A DNA stretch of 64,000 bases from Bacilli bacterium (GTDB lineage: Bacteria > Bacillota_I > Bacilli_A > RFN20 > CAG-826), in contig JAFSUM010000036.1 of NCBI GenBank assembly GCA_017445245.1, positions 35,153-99,152 of the forward strand, read 5' to 3'. Each line of letters begins with the position of its first letter. The stretch's first letter is position 1. The notes under the pieces were generated by a model. That model saw nothing but the letters and a program-made list of their open reading frames with translations. It searched no databases and had not been told where the DNA came from. This document shows, piece after piece, positions 38,288 to 48,138 of the stretch. Both the position numbers and the translations under genes were made by a program.

Positions 38288-38934
38288 TGATCGTCCGCAA
38301 CCGCATCATCGCCCTCCTCTATCGCATCGCCGCCTTTGCTTTGCTTTTGACGAGTTTCCAGTTCACGTGGATGGAATATTCCTCCTTTTGGACGGCTATG
38401 AGCGGCTTCGACATGCTGATGGGACTCATGATGGTTGTGATGTTTGGTTTTGTCATCGTCTTCAACCTCATCGACTTGCGGCATGGCATGCATGGAATGG
38501 CCGCGGGCCCCTATATGCCAATCGCCTTGCCCCTAATGGCCTTTTCGATGGTCGCTGGCATCGTCTATTTCGCCTATGTCCTTCCCCTGGGCTGCGCCCC
38601 GAATAGCTTCTTCTCCCTTGTCTTCCATGCCTTACTTATCATCGCGCCTCTTATCGAATGGCTTCTTTTCGACGAGAAAGGAACCGTCCGTTTCTCGACG
38701 GGGTTCGCGTTTATGACCCTAGCGATTTTCTATTATGTCTTCGGTTATTTCCGGACCGTCATCTGGCCGGAGACCCCGGTTTATGGAACGTTTGTCTACG
38801 CCTACCCTTGCCTAGACTTCCGTGACCCCCACATCGTGTTGGCCTCCTTCATCTACTTCGCAAGCCTATTGGGCGCGGTGACGTTAGTGATATTTCTCAA
38901 TAACGTCTTCTGTGGCAAGTACCGCCGTCTCTAG
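38288..38934 (+). CDS. Hypothetical integral membrane protein
   Basis: Start MIVRNRIIALLYRIAAF chosen after the NUDIX gene end; the track starts it at 38137, inside NUDIX. About six TM helices. No family recognised. Confidence 0.45.
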
Positions 38935-39365
38935 TTCGTGCGGCGAAGCAACGCCCCGATTGTCGGGACGGACATAAAGGACGAGAAATTGATAATCACG
39001 TCCATGAAAGTCGCATGACGCGAGGCGACGAAAAGCTGCGTCAACTCCCCGCCCGTCGCGATGACCAAGCCGATCCCCATGAGGATCACTTTTTCGTGTT
39101 TGAGGCCTTTAAACGTCCGTAAGAACAAATCATAGAAAAGGCCCGTCAGCAAATAAAGCAATACATGGCCGAATCCTTTTCCGCCAAAAGTGCTTAAGGC
39201 AGAGACCTCGGCTTTGGTCAGATTCGACGAGAAAATCGCCTCATTGATCCATTCGCCCACCGAATTCCCAAAGGAAGAATAACCACTCGACCCGTTTGTC
39301 GAAAGATAAAAGGCGAGGAAGGTTCCCGTAAGAGCGAAAACGAGGAAGATGGCGCGTTTGACCAC
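38931..39365 (-). CDS. VanZ family protein
   Basis: 144 aa, four TM helices, with a GHxxxYxxL-like motif (GHVLLYLLTGL). Confidence 0.6.
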   Translation of the reverse strand: MVKRAIFLVFALTGTFLAFYLSTNGSSGYSSFGNSVGEWINEAIFSSNLTKAEVSALSTFGGKGFGHVLLYLLTGLFYDLFLRTFKGLKHEKVILMGIGLVIATGGELTQLFVASRHATFMDVIINFSSFMSVPTIGALLRRTN

Positions 39366-39374
39366 GGGTCTATT

Positions 39375-39797
39375 TTAAGCCACTTCGGCTTCCGTTTGGG
39401 GCTTTTTGGGAACTGGGCGCACGAATTCGCCTTCCTCCAAAGCTTTCGGAAGTGGGGTCTTGCCGCTTTTAAGGCAATGTTTGAAATACCACTTTCCGGG
39501 CGTCTTGCCCCTGCCGACAAGAAGGAACAGCGAAGAAAAACACCCGTCTTTGAAATAGAACTTCGTATAGGCGAATTGCTCGTTTTTCGCGTCAAAGCTC
39601 ACGAAATCCGGGTTCTTAAGTATCTCAGTCACCTCATGGAGGAACTTGAGATAGGTATTGGGCATCCGGTTGGCGAGGTCATCGAGATCCTTCTCCCCAA
39701 TATAGATCGCCACTTCCTCCGTAAGCGAAAGCCCGAGGGCACGTTCGGTCGAGCGGGCGATACGGCCGACCTTGATGGATTCGTTTGGTCTTTCCAT
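39375..39797 (-). CDS. Hypothetical protein (140 aa)
   Basis: Soluble protein upstream of vanZ on the same strand. No family confidently recognised. Confidence 0.4.
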   Translation of the reverse strand: MERPNESIKVGRIARSTERALGLSLTEEVAIYIGEKDLDDLANRMPNTYLKFLHEVTEILKNPDFVSFDAKNEQFAYTKFYFKDGCFSSLFLLVGRGKTPGKWYFKHCLKSGKTPLPKALEEGEFVRPVPKKPQTEAEVA

Positions 39798-39911
39798 AAA
39801 TAGACCTCCTCACTCTTTCTATAGGCGATTTTTCCTGAACTCGAAGATTTTTCTTTTCGCCTGCTTAACGCTCGTGCGCGTTATAATGAAAGATGCAACG
39901 GAGATTCACCC

Positions 39912-41966
39912 ATGAAAGCCAAAAAAGTCATCCTATCGTTATGCGCTTGCTTGCTCTGCTCTTGCGGAGGAACGGCCACCTCTTCGAGCGACCCCGCTTC
40001 TTCTAGCGAGCCCTCCAAGGAATCGAGCGTCGACGTTTCGTCTCTACCCTCTTCGGAAACCCCTTCTAGCGAGGCCCCTTCTAGCGAGCCTGCGCCCGGA
40101 CCCTATTCGGAACCTGCGCCGGAACCTTCTAGCGAGCCTGCCCCCGGACCCTATTCTGAGCCAGAGCCTGAACCGTCCTCCGAGCCCGATCTTTCTAGCG
40201 AACCTAGCAGCGAAATTTCCTCGAAAGAGCCTGAAGTCTTCGACGGAATCAAGGTCTACTGCGACCCCACTTGGACACATATTTATGCATGGGTCGACAA
40301 AACCGAGCTCTGCGGATCCTGGCCTGGCACGGGGCTTAAGACCGCGGGGGATTGGAAATATTACGAATTCCCCGATTTGGATTTCATCAACCTCATCTTC
40401 AACCGCGGTAATGGCGGCGAGCAGACCACCGACATGAGTCTCAATAAGAAAGGCGTCTACTATTACCATAACGGCAAGTGGTCCACCGACGAACCCGGCC
40501 AAGGTACTTCCAGCGCCCAATCGATTGACACCTCCTTGCCACCTGTCTCTGCGGATAACTACCGCACCTTCTACCAGTTACTTGTCTATTCCTTCGCGGA
40601 CGGAAACGGTGACGGCATCGGTGACTTCAAAGGCATCATCGATCACCTCGACTACTTAAGCGACCTCGGTATCGGCGCCCTTTGGCTCTCCCCCGTCCAA
40701 CCCGCGGACTCCTATCATTCCTATGACTGCACGGACTATTACGCCATCCGTTCCTCCTATGAAGTGACCGTCGACGGCGTCAAATACGATTTCGCCAAGC
40801 TTCTTTCCGCTTGCCACGCCAAAGGTATCAAAGTCGTCATGGACATGGTCCTCAACCACACCTCCTCCAACCACGTCTGGTATTCGGAACACCGCGACTG
40901 GTATGGAAGCGATGACCGGTTCGGTTTCCCCGAATTCGATTTCGACAAGACCGTCGTCCGCGAAGCCATCAAAGACGTCGGCAAGTATTGGCTCAATAAA
41001 GGCGTGGACGGCTTCCGCCTAGACGCCGCGTATTGGGTCTATAACTCCGGTTATGACCGCGACGCGAAGAACTTCGCCTGGTGGCAGGAATTCTCTTCCG
41101 CCATGAAGGAAACCAATCCCGATTGCTACCTCGTCGGCGAAGTCCTCGACTACGATCACGACCTCGCCTTCGATTACACGGCCTGCGGATTCGATTCCAC
41201 CTTCGACTTCGAAACGACCAAGCAGACCTATCAAGCCTTCAATGGTTCTGCTTCTTCCTTCGCGGGAGCCGTCCGTTCGGACCAGGACAAAATCCGCGCG
41301 ATCAACGAAAACGCCATCATGGCCCGCGCCCTTTCCAACCACGACATCGGTCGTTTCTCGCAGCAGCACCCCGATTCCAGCGATGCCGCCTATTACATCG
41401 AAAACGAGAAACAATACAAAGCCGCGACCGCTCTTAACGCCCTCACCCCGGGCGATGCCTATATCTACTATGGCGATGAACTCGGCCTCAAAGGTACCTG
41501 CAGCGACACCCGCGAAGGCTGGTACTACGACATGAACTTCCGTACCCCGATGCCTTGGGGCGATTCCACCCGTACCAACTCCACCGCCTACTTCGAAAAC
41601 TTCCACGGTCAGGGCATCACCACCTCGACCACTCTTTCCGGTAACTCGATCGAAGAAGACATCGCCGACCCCTATTCGACCTATAACGTCCTCAAGAAGG
41701 CCCTCGCCATCAAAAACGGAAGCGAAGTCCTCCAAAAAGGCCTCGTAAGCCCCTCTGCGATGAGCAAGGCCAACCTCGTCGACTACGCGGTTACCTATAA
41801 CGGCAAAACCGTCCATTTCTATTGCAATACCTCCGCCACTTCCTCGCTTAGCATCGACGTGACTGGTACGTTGAAAGACACCATCACGGTCGCTGCGGGC
41901 GAAGTTACCCTTAGCGGCGGCAAACTCAATCTTCCCGCCTGCGCCATCGCGTTTGTGGAAGAGTAA
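39912..41966 (+). CDS. Alpha-amylase family (GH13) lipoprotein with a Pro/Ser/Glu-rich linker
   Basis: Lipobox LLCSCGG, then a PS/E linker and a putative N-terminal starch-binding module. GH13 regions GIGALWLSPV, GVDGFRLDAA, YLVGEVL and SNHD. Confidence 0.8.
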   Translation: MKAKKVILSLCACLLCSCGGTATSSSDPASSSEPSKESSVDVSSLPSSETPSSEAPSSEPAPGPYSEPAPEPSSEPAPGPYSEPEPEPSSEPDLSSEPSSEISSKEPEVFDGIKVYCDPTWTHIYAWVDKTELCGSWPGTGLKTAGDWKYYEFPDLDFINLIFNRGNGGEQTTDMSLNKKGVYYYHNGKWSTDEPGQGTSSAQSIDTSLPPVSADNYRTFYQLLVYSFADGNGDGIGDFKGIIDHLDYLSDLGIGALWLSPVQPADSYHSYDCTDYYAIRSSYEVTVDGVKYDFAKLLSACHAKGIKVVMDMVLNHTSSNHVWYSEHRDWYGSDDRFGFPEFDFDKTVVREAIKDVGKYWLNKGVDGFRLDAAYWVYNSGYDRDAKNFAWWQEFSSAMKETNPDCYLVGEVLDYDHDLAFDYTACGFDSTFDFETTKQTYQAFNGSASSFAGAVRSDQDKIRAINENAIMARALSNHDIGRFSQQHPDSSDAAYYIENEKQYKAATALNALTPGDAYIYYGDELGLKGTCSDTREGWYYDMNFRTPMPWGDSTRTNSTAYFENFHGQGITTSTTLSGNSIEEDIADPYSTYNVLKKALAIKNGSEVLQKGLVSPSAMSKANLVDYAVTYNGKTVHFYCNTSATSSLSIDVTGTLKDTITVAAGEVTLSGGKLNLPACAIAFVEE
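40085..40180 (+). repeat. Imperfect tandem 48-nt repeat (x2 plus partial copy) inside the amylase gene
   Basis: CCTTCTAGCGAGCCTGCGCCCGGACCCTATTCGGAACCTGCGCCGGAA followed by a near-copy. Encodes SEPAPGPYSEPAPEPS units. Confidence 0.5.
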
Positions 41967-42013
41967 GTGAAAGCCCCTAGCAAAGAAAAGCGAAAGGAAA
42001 GATAATCTCGTAT

Positions 42014-42580
42014 ATGGGAAACATCGAATACAAAGGCGAATCGCTCGCCGTCACCACTTTTGTCAAAGGCAGCCGTTTACCCGGCACCGTCAACCTCGCG
42101 GAACCCTTTCTCGTCGTCGCGGGAAAAAAGGCTTCCGTCGCCATCGCCTCGAATGACGAAGTCCCTGTCTTCTTCGCGGTGAAAGGCACCCTTGTCGGGG
42201 CTGCCAAAGTCACTCTCGAAGACGGTGTCGAAGAAGAATTCGCCAAACGTTTCCATGCGGCCATCACCCAGTACGGCCTTCGCCCGGAGACCATCGAGGT
42301 TTATGTCGGGCCTTGTCTAACCTTCTCCCACACCCACGTGGAACGCGCCCTTCTGGAACGTTTGATGGACCGCGGCTATCGCGCCGCCTGCAAGCGGACC
42401 GACGGTGTCGACTTCCTCGACCTGCCCTTGCTCCTACTCATGCAGATGAGACGCGAAGGCGTGAAGATGGCCAACATCCATATCGGCGACTACGACACCT
42501 TCGAAAATCCCGAGTTGCTCCACTCCAAACTCCGGGGCGATACGGAAAACAATCTAAGCGTCGCGAACCTCATCGCCTAA
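42014..42580 (+). CDS. Putative YfiH/PgeF-like (laccase-domain) protein, N-terminally short and apparently lacking catalytic Cys/His
   Basis: Regions YVGPCLTFSHTHV and DYDTFENPELLHSKLRGDTEN align with PgeF GPxIxxxxFEV and CTY..E..FFSYRRD. No HAGWRG motif and no Cys107 equivalent is evident. Confidence 0.35.
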   Translation: MGNIEYKGESLAVTTFVKGSRLPGTVNLAEPFLVVAGKKASVAIASNDEVPVFFAVKGTLVGAAKVTLEDGVEEEFAKRFHAAITQYGLRPETIEVYVGPCLTFSHTHVERALLERLMDRGYRAACKRTDGVDFLDLPLLLLMQMRREGVKMANIHIGDYDTFENPELLHSKLRGDTENNLSVANLIA

Positions 42581-42590
42581 GCCCATAACG

Positions 42591-42624
42591 AAAATAGGAC
42601 TTCAGCTCGAAGTCCTATTTTTTC
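42591..42624. terminator. Bidirectional rho-independent terminator
   Basis: Perfect 8-bp stem AGGACTTC/GAAGTCCT flanked by AAAA on one side and TTTTTT on the other. Sits between the convergent PgeF-like and mscS genes. Confidence 0.6.
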
Positions 42625-43757
42625 GTCTCATTGGTTTTCTTTTTGGATCTTTTGGCTTCTTTAGCCTTCGCCTTTTGAGCCCGTTGATGTTCGCGGACCT
42701 TCTTGTTATGGGCCATGATGTTCGCTACTTCTTCCGGCGTAAACTCATCATAATCCATGAAGTTCAGGCGTTTGATCTTCATATCGTCTCGGTCTTTTTC
42801 GACGCGCTCGGGGAGAGCCTCATATTTCGTCGGCATCTGATCCGCTTCATGCCCTTCATAAACGGTGATCTGCTGATGCGGAATCCGGATACCGGCTCGT
42901 TTCAAGGCGTCATAGCCGTGGTCATGGATATAGAAATAGATATCCCAGTAATCTTCGATATCGACGTAGCAAGTCAAGAACATGTCCAAGGAATCCGGCT
43001 TGATCGCGTTCAAACGGCATAGAGGGGGCGGGTCGAGCTTCACGCGGCCATCCGACTTCATCACGTCGACGAGAATCTGGCGGACTTGTTCCAAATCGGT
43101 ATCGTGGGCAATAGGCATATGAATGGCGACACGGCGGACGCCGAGCGCTTCGAAATTGGTGACGCAGCTATTGACCATCTTCGAATTCGGAACCATCACG
43201 CGGGTCGAATCGTAAGTCTTAAGCGTCGTGAAGAGCAGATTGATGCCAATGATCGATCCTTCTAGACCATCAACCTGGATGTAATTGCCTTCCTTATAGG
43301 CGCGGCTGAAGACGAGGACGATGCCCGCGGCGAGGTGCGAGAGAAAGTCCTTCAAGGCGATACCAACGGCTAAGATCGCGGCGGAAAGTCCCGCCGTAAG
43401 GGCGGTGATAGGCACCCCCATCATTCCCAAAAGGATCAGGATGAGGAAAATCCAAAGGAGAATCTTTATCAAAAGCCCAAAGAAGCGGACGGCGATTTCG
43501 TTGACGTCCCTCCTGCGCATGATGAAACGGGTAAAGCGGACGATGATATAAATGAGCAGGACGCCGAAGATGAGGACGGCGAACCAGGTGATGATATTCC
43601 AGATGTTTGAGGCAAAGAAATTGCAGATGCTATTCCAAAACGCCTGAATCTGTTCCCAAAAGGTCGGATTCTGGGGAGTCGTACCCGAAGAAGAGGAATC
43701 CGATGGTGCCGCGGAACTAAGCAACGGGAAGAGAAAACTCATAGGCGTATTATACAC
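42615..43757 (-). CDS. Mechanosensitive ion channel family protein (MscS-like) with a lysine-rich C-terminal tail
   Basis: TM3-like segment GAAILAVGIALKDFLSHLAAGIVLVF followed by a beta-domain. Basic KAKAKEAKRSKKK tail. Confidence 0.8.
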   Translation of the reverse strand: MYNTPMSFLFPLLSSAAPSDSSSSGTTPQNPTFWEQIQAFWNSICNFFASNIWNIITWFAVLIFGVLLIYIIVRFTRFIMRRRDVNEIAVRFFGLLIKILLWIFLILILLGMMGVPITALTAGLSAAILAVGIALKDFLSHLAAGIVLVFSRAYKEGNYIQVDGLEGSIIGINLLFTTLKTYDSTRVMVPNSKMVNSCVTNFEALGVRRVAIHMPIAHDTDLEQVRQILVDVMKSDGRVKLDPPPLCRLNAIKPDSLDMFLTCYVDIEDYWDIYFYIHDHGYDALKRAGIRIPHQQITVYEGHEADQMPTKYEALPERVEKDRDDMKIKRLNFMDYDEFTPEEVANIMAHNKKVREHQRAQKAKAKEAKRSKKKTNETKK

Positions 43758-43766
43758 AAGACCCTC

Positions 43767-44843
43767 TTATAGAGAGAAGTCCCCCTCTTTGAGCCAACCG
43801 ATTTTACGGAAGAGCAAATCGACGAGGAAGACAAGGAGAATCGGACCTACGAGGCAGACGGACACCAAAAGGACCCAAAGAATCCAATTGTCGTAGCCAA
43901 TCGCCCCGAGGAAATTGATCGGGCCGACGAGGCCAGACGTACCCATGCCAGCTCCGACAGAAAGGGCGGATACGCTGCCTGAAACAATGCCATCCAGCGG
44001 GAAAAGCATCGCAAAAGGCCCTAGAATTGCCGAAACGATGATGGTGGGAAGCCAGATGAGCGGCTTGCGGATGATGTTTTTGAATTGGAGCATCGAGGTG
44101 CCGATACCAACCGCCAAGACCGAGCCCCACTTGTTATCGTGAGCCGTATGGACGGCAAAGCCGAGCATCTGGACGCAGCAACCGATAAGCGCACTGGCCG
44201 CGGCAAGCGGAACATTGCCGATTTGTATGGCGACGCAGATGGCAACCGAAGAGATCGGCGCGGTCAACGCCATGCCCGTCAAAACGGAGATGATGATGCA
44301 CATGAGGAACGGCACTGCGGCAAAGGAAACGCGGATGAGTTCCCCTAAGCCTAGCGTCACATAATGGACCCACTGGGCCAGCAAGAAGGAATAAAGCATC
44401 GCGACGCCAATACCGAGCAAAGGTACCAAAAGCATATCCACGGGTGTCTTCTTTTTAAGAATCCGGGTCAAGGCGAAATAAGCACATAAAGAGGCGAGAT
44501 AACACGAAAGCGGGTCGCCGATCGAGATGACCGACCACTGCTGGTCGCCAATCCAATGGAACGCATAGTTGCCGATCATACCGGCCGCCATGACCGCGAC
44601 CATCTGCACGCCGTTACGCTTGGTCGCGATGGCAACGCCTAAGCCGATGCCCGCGCCCATCAACGCCTTTAACGCAGCCGAAAAGACAAGGATGCCCTCC
44701 ATATGGGGAATCTTGCCGAAAAGGTCGAATATGGTGCCGATAATAAGGGTTCCGAATAAACCGATGGCCATGCCGTTTGTCGTCTTCATGAGGAAGTCGC
44801 GGCAACGGAGGAAGAAAGTCTTGCGTGAGTTGTCCATGCGCAT
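43767..44843 (-). CDS. Putative PTS EIIC-like permease (PTS_EIIC_2-type membrane protein)
   Basis: About 10 TM helices with Gly-rich loops. Start uncertain: the track extends to 45245 through non-protein-like sequence. The Met at 44843 has a GAGGA RBS; the Met at 44789 is an alternative. Confidence 0.4.
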   Translation of the reverse strand: MRMDNSRKTFFLRCRDFLMKTTNGMAIGLFGTLIIGTIFDLFGKIPHMEGILVFSAALKALMGAGIGLGVAIATKRNGVQMVAVMAAGMIGNYAFHWIGDQQWSVISIGDPLSCYLASLCAYFALTRILKKKTPVDMLLVPLLGIGVAMLYSFLLAQWVHYVTLGLGELIRVSFAAVPFLMCIIISVLTGMALTAPISSVAICVAIQIGNVPLAAASALIGCCVQMLGFAVHTAHDNKWGSVLAVGIGTSMLQFKNIIRKPLIWLPTIIVSAILGPFAMLFPLDGIVSGSVSALSVGAGMGTSGLVGPINFLGAIGYDNWILWVLLVSVCLVGPILLVFLVDLLFRKIGWLKEGDFSL

Positions 44844-44921
44844 AAGTTTATGCGTCCTCGCACCGCACGCAAGCAAAAACGCGCGTACGGGCTTTTGTTT
44901 TATGCAAAACGGGCTCATAAT

Positions 44922-47129
44922 ATGGCCAATATGGCGAAGGTCAAAGAATACCTGATCCGCTTTGTGCGTTTCCTCGGTTTTCGGCGCAACTCCGAATACG
45001 TGAAGGAATATCTCAATACGACGAATCTTCGTATGACGATTTCGATGTGCCTTGTCATCTTGGGCATCGAGATCTGGATGATCATCCGCCAGACGACAAA
45101 GTATTACATTCCTTTGGTCGCCGCAGGGACACTTCAGCCTGGCTTTGCAGCCTTTTGGACCTACACCGGAAACTTCTGGCTGCTCCTTTCGATCGCCTTG
45201 TCCATTTTGGCTTTCTCCGTCTGCAAACTCTATTTCAAAAACCAAAAGGCGCGTTTCCTTTTAAATCTGGTCCTTGGCATCATTGCTCTAGGCATTTCCT
45301 TGATGGTCATCTATTCGTCCAGCATCGGAAGGTTTTCCAACTGGGCGGACGAAAAGCACATCTACACCAATATCTTCACCATCATGGTTTACGCCCTCGG
45401 GGCGGTTTATTCTGCGGGCATTTTAGCCTATACATGCCTCGCCTATTTCAAACGGCTTGAATTCCGGTTCCTCTGCCAGTTCATCATCGCCGTCTTCGGT
45501 ATCATCTGCCTCGTCTTCGGCGTCATGGTCTCCATCTCCGACTTCCTGACGACCGTTAATGTCAACGGGCAAAGCGTCCTCCAATACAAACAAATCATCT
45601 GCTTCCTGACGATGATCGTCTATACGGCCTGCCTTTTGGTCTATCGCCCCATCATTTCCTTTGCCGTCTTAGGCGCGGTCTTCTATGGGTTCTATGCCCT
45701 CCTTCTTTCCGTCGATAGCATCCGCCCCTTCCCCGAAGGCGACCAGGTCAATTACCTTACCTTCGTCTTGATGCTCGTCGTCGTTGTCTCCGCCATGTAT
45801 AGCCAAAGGCTTAACGACGCGATCAAATCCGAAGAGCTCGAGTTCAAAGCCAAATACGATGCCCTCACCGATTTACATAACTTCGACTATTTCGTCTCCA
45901 CCATCGGCGAACGGATGAAAGACCCCTATTACCCTATCGAAAACAAAGTTTTCCTCTATGTCGATATCGATGATTTCAAATCCTATAACGACCGCCGCGG
46001 CTTTAATAAAGGCAACGAACTGATCAACGAAATCGGTAACCGTTTCCTCCGCCAATTCGGACAGGACAATGTCGCCCACGTCTTCGCCGATCGCTTTGCG
46101 ATCCTTGCGGATGCAAAAGATTTCGAATCCCGCATCGAACAGGTTCGCCGCGATGTCATCGACTATGACCCCGTCGCTTCCGTCCACCTGAAATTTGGTT
46201 GCTACCGTTATCACCGCCGCGATGAAGACCCACGCCGTGCCTTCGACAAAGCCCGTTATGCCGCAGGATTGGTCCATGGCAACGACGAACGGCTCTATGT
46301 CGAATACGATGACGAACTCGATAAAGCCTCCCATTTGACGCGCCGCATCATCCATAGCATCGACCAAGCGATCGAAGATGGCTCGATCCACCCCTACTAC
46401 CAGCCCGTCGTCTGGTCTAAAGACGGCACCCTATGTGGCGTTGAAGCCCTCTGCCGCTGGGTCGATTCGCGTTATGGCTTTATCTCCCCTGACCAATTCG
46501 TACCCGTCTTAGAAAACGCCCGCGAAATCCATAAGCTTGACACCTGTATCGTCGAATCGGTTTGCCGCGACATCCGTCATGGTTTAGATAACAACCTTCC
46601 CGTCGTTCCCGTCTCCATTAACTTCTCCCGACTGGACTTCGAGTTAATGGATCCCGTGGAATTACTTGAAAAGTTGGTCAACAAATACCGCGTTCCCAAG
46701 AACTTCCTCCACGTCGAAATCACCGAGTCCGCCCTTTCCGAAAATCCGGACACCCTTAGAAAAGGGATCGCGCGCCTACGCGAACTTGGCTATGCCCTAT
46801 GGCTTGACGATTTCGGTTCGGGTTACTCCTCCTTTAACGTTCTTAAGGACTTCCATTTCGACGTCTTGAAGATCGATATGCAGTTCCTTAGTAACTTCGC
46901 CGAGAACAAGACGGCGGGTATCCTCATCGATACCATCGTCAAGATGTGCGAACGCATCGGTACCCGTACCTTGACCGAAGGCGTCGAGACCAAAGAAGAG
47001 GAAGACTTCCTTAAATCCATCGGATGCGAGAGGCTCCAGGGCTACCGTTATGGCAAGGCAATGCCGCTAAACGAGCTTCGCGATAAGATCGAAAAAGGCG
47101 AACTCATCGTTTCCGACAAAATCGATTAA
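44922..47129 (+). CDS. Membrane-anchored c-di-GMP phosphodiesterase: multi-TM sensor + degenerate GGDEF + EAL
   Basis: N-terminal ~8-10 TM domain. GGDEF-like domain in which the signature motif is replaced by ADRFA. EAL motifs EALCRW, DDFGSGYSS, KIDMQF and EGVE. Start at ATG 44922. Confidence 0.75.
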   Translation: MANMAKVKEYLIRFVRFLGFRRNSEYVKEYLNTTNLRMTISMCLVILGIEIWMIIRQTTKYYIPLVAAGTLQPGFAAFWTYTGNFWLLLSIALSILAFSVCKLYFKNQKARFLLNLVLGIIALGISLMVIYSSSIGRFSNWADEKHIYTNIFTIMVYALGAVYSAGILAYTCLAYFKRLEFRFLCQFIIAVFGIICLVFGVMVSISDFLTTVNVNGQSVLQYKQIICFLTMIVYTACLLVYRPIISFAVLGAVFYGFYALLLSVDSIRPFPEGDQVNYLTFVLMLVVVVSAMYSQRLNDAIKSEELEFKAKYDALTDLHNFDYFVSTIGERMKDPYYPIENKVFLYVDIDDFKSYNDRRGFNKGNELINEIGNRFLRQFGQDNVAHVFADRFAILADAKDFESRIEQVRRDVIDYDPVASVHLKFGCYRYHRRDEDPRRAFDKARYAAGLVHGNDERLYVEYDDELDKASHLTRRIIHSIDQAIEDGSIHPYYQPVVWSKDGTLCGVEALCRWVDSRYGFISPDQFVPVLENAREIHKLDTCIVESVCRDIRHGLDNNLPVVPVSINFSRLDFELMDPVELLEKLVNKYRVPKNFLHVEITESALSENPDTLRKGIARLRELGYALWLDDFGSGYSSFNVLKDFHFDVLKIDMQFLSNFAENKTAGILIDTIVKMCERIGTRTLTEGVETKEEEDFLKSIGCERLQGYRYGKAMPLNELRDKIEKGELIVSDKID

Positions 47130-47156
47130 AACCTGCAAAAAGCCAGGCAAAAGGAA

Positions 47157-47186
47157 AAGCGGCGAGGATTCGCCGCTTCTTTTTGC
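47157..47186. terminator. Rho-independent (likely bidirectional) terminator
   Basis: Hairpin AGCGGCGA-ggat-TCGCCGCT followed by TCTTTTTG, with an A-rich tract upstream. Confidence 0.55.
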
Positions 47187-47189
47187 TCG

Positions 47190-47633
47190 TTAGACAACCG
47201 ATAGTTTTTTGAAATGCAGGACCAATAAGCCAATGCCAACGGCAACGTCTAATAGACCCCATAGCATCGGGATATAGCTCACGATGCCGAACATCGTAAT
47301 CGCGACGATGACATTGCCTAAGATAAAGAAGGCAAAGCCCAGAACATAGCTCTTATCCTCGTAATCGCCTACGTTAGAATCGGCGCGGATGGCCTTGACG
47401 AAGAAGATCGAGGCGACCGTCATCAAAACGAAGAATAGGCCATAAGTGACCCAGAAGTAGACCAGGTTACCAGTCGTGCAATGGGTCAGGTAATCGGCGA
47501 TCCGATAATAAGTGACTTTGACTTCGCTCTCGTTTTTGACGACATAGACAGGCAAGAGGAAACAAAGGAAAGGCAAATAGGCTAAGACAAGCCCCAAGAG
47601 ACAAATCCACTTTTTCGCGTTCCATTTTTTCAT
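47190..47633 (-). CDS. Hypothetical membrane protein (147 aa, about four TM helices)
   Basis: Hydrophobic helices. Overlaps the upstream dUTPase-like gene stop by 1 nt. Confidence 0.4.
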   Translation of the reverse strand: MKKWNAKKWICLLGLVLAYLPFLCFLLPVYVVKNESEVKVTYYRIADYLTHCTTGNLVYFWVTYGLFFVLMTVASIFFVKAIRADSNVGDYEDKSYVLGFAFFILGNVIVAITMFGIVSYIPMLWGLLDVAVGIGLLVLHFKKLSVV

Positions 47634-48133
47634 CAGTACTTCTCCTCCTGGCGTTTGTGGTTCACGTCAAGTTTCGCTAGATAGGCTTCGATGACTTCCT
47701 TTTCGTCATAATCGAAAAGCGGGATGAGGTTCAGATAATCGCCAAACGCTTTTGCGTAATGGTCGACGTCATAATGTTCGAGCATCTCGTCCACGTCCTT
47801 GTGCACGAGAAGGATCGCTTTGGTAAGGTCCTTCTCGCGGACATGGAAGTAATGCTTATACTGCGATACCCCGAGCGGGATGCCTAGGCTTAGCAGGAAA
47901 TGCAAGCCGTCGGCATACTCGTCGAGGATCCTTTCTTTGGGGGAAGGCCCTTTGAGGGACCAATACTTGAAGCAACGGGTCTCGTTGGCAAACTCCCCTA
48001 GCTCCGTGAGCAAGGCCAAAACGCGGCGTTCAAACGTCGATTCGTACGTCACGTTGTGCAAAGAGGCGATAGACGCGTCAAGTTCCGCTTGCAAAGGAAA
48101 TAACGGCGTCACGTCGATGAAGTCGCCAGTCAT
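47633..48133 (-). CDS. Dimeric all-alpha dUTPase-like protein (YncF/dUTPase_2 family)
   Basis: 166 aa helical protein. ...ALLTELGEFANE... and EYADGLHFLLS segments resemble dimeric dUTPase / MazG-like NTP-pyrophosphatase motifs. Confidence 0.5.
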   Translation of the reverse strand: MTGDFIDVTPLFPLQAELDASIASLHNVTYESTFERRVLALLTELGEFANETRCFKYWSLKGPSPKERILDEYADGLHFLLSLGIPLGVSQYKHYFHVREKDLTKAILLVHKDVDEMLEHYDVDHYAKAFGDYLNLIPLFDYDEKEVIEAYLAKLDVNHKRQEEKY

Positions 48134-48138
48134 GGGAA

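Noticed and set aside
44844-45245. N-terminal 135-aa extension of the PTS-EIIC-like ORF
   Set aside because: The sequence (MVFEIEFADGESQNGQGDRKEQ...) is not membrane-protein-like and overlaps the start of the divergent GGDEF/EAL gene. Internal Met codons with an RBS fit better.
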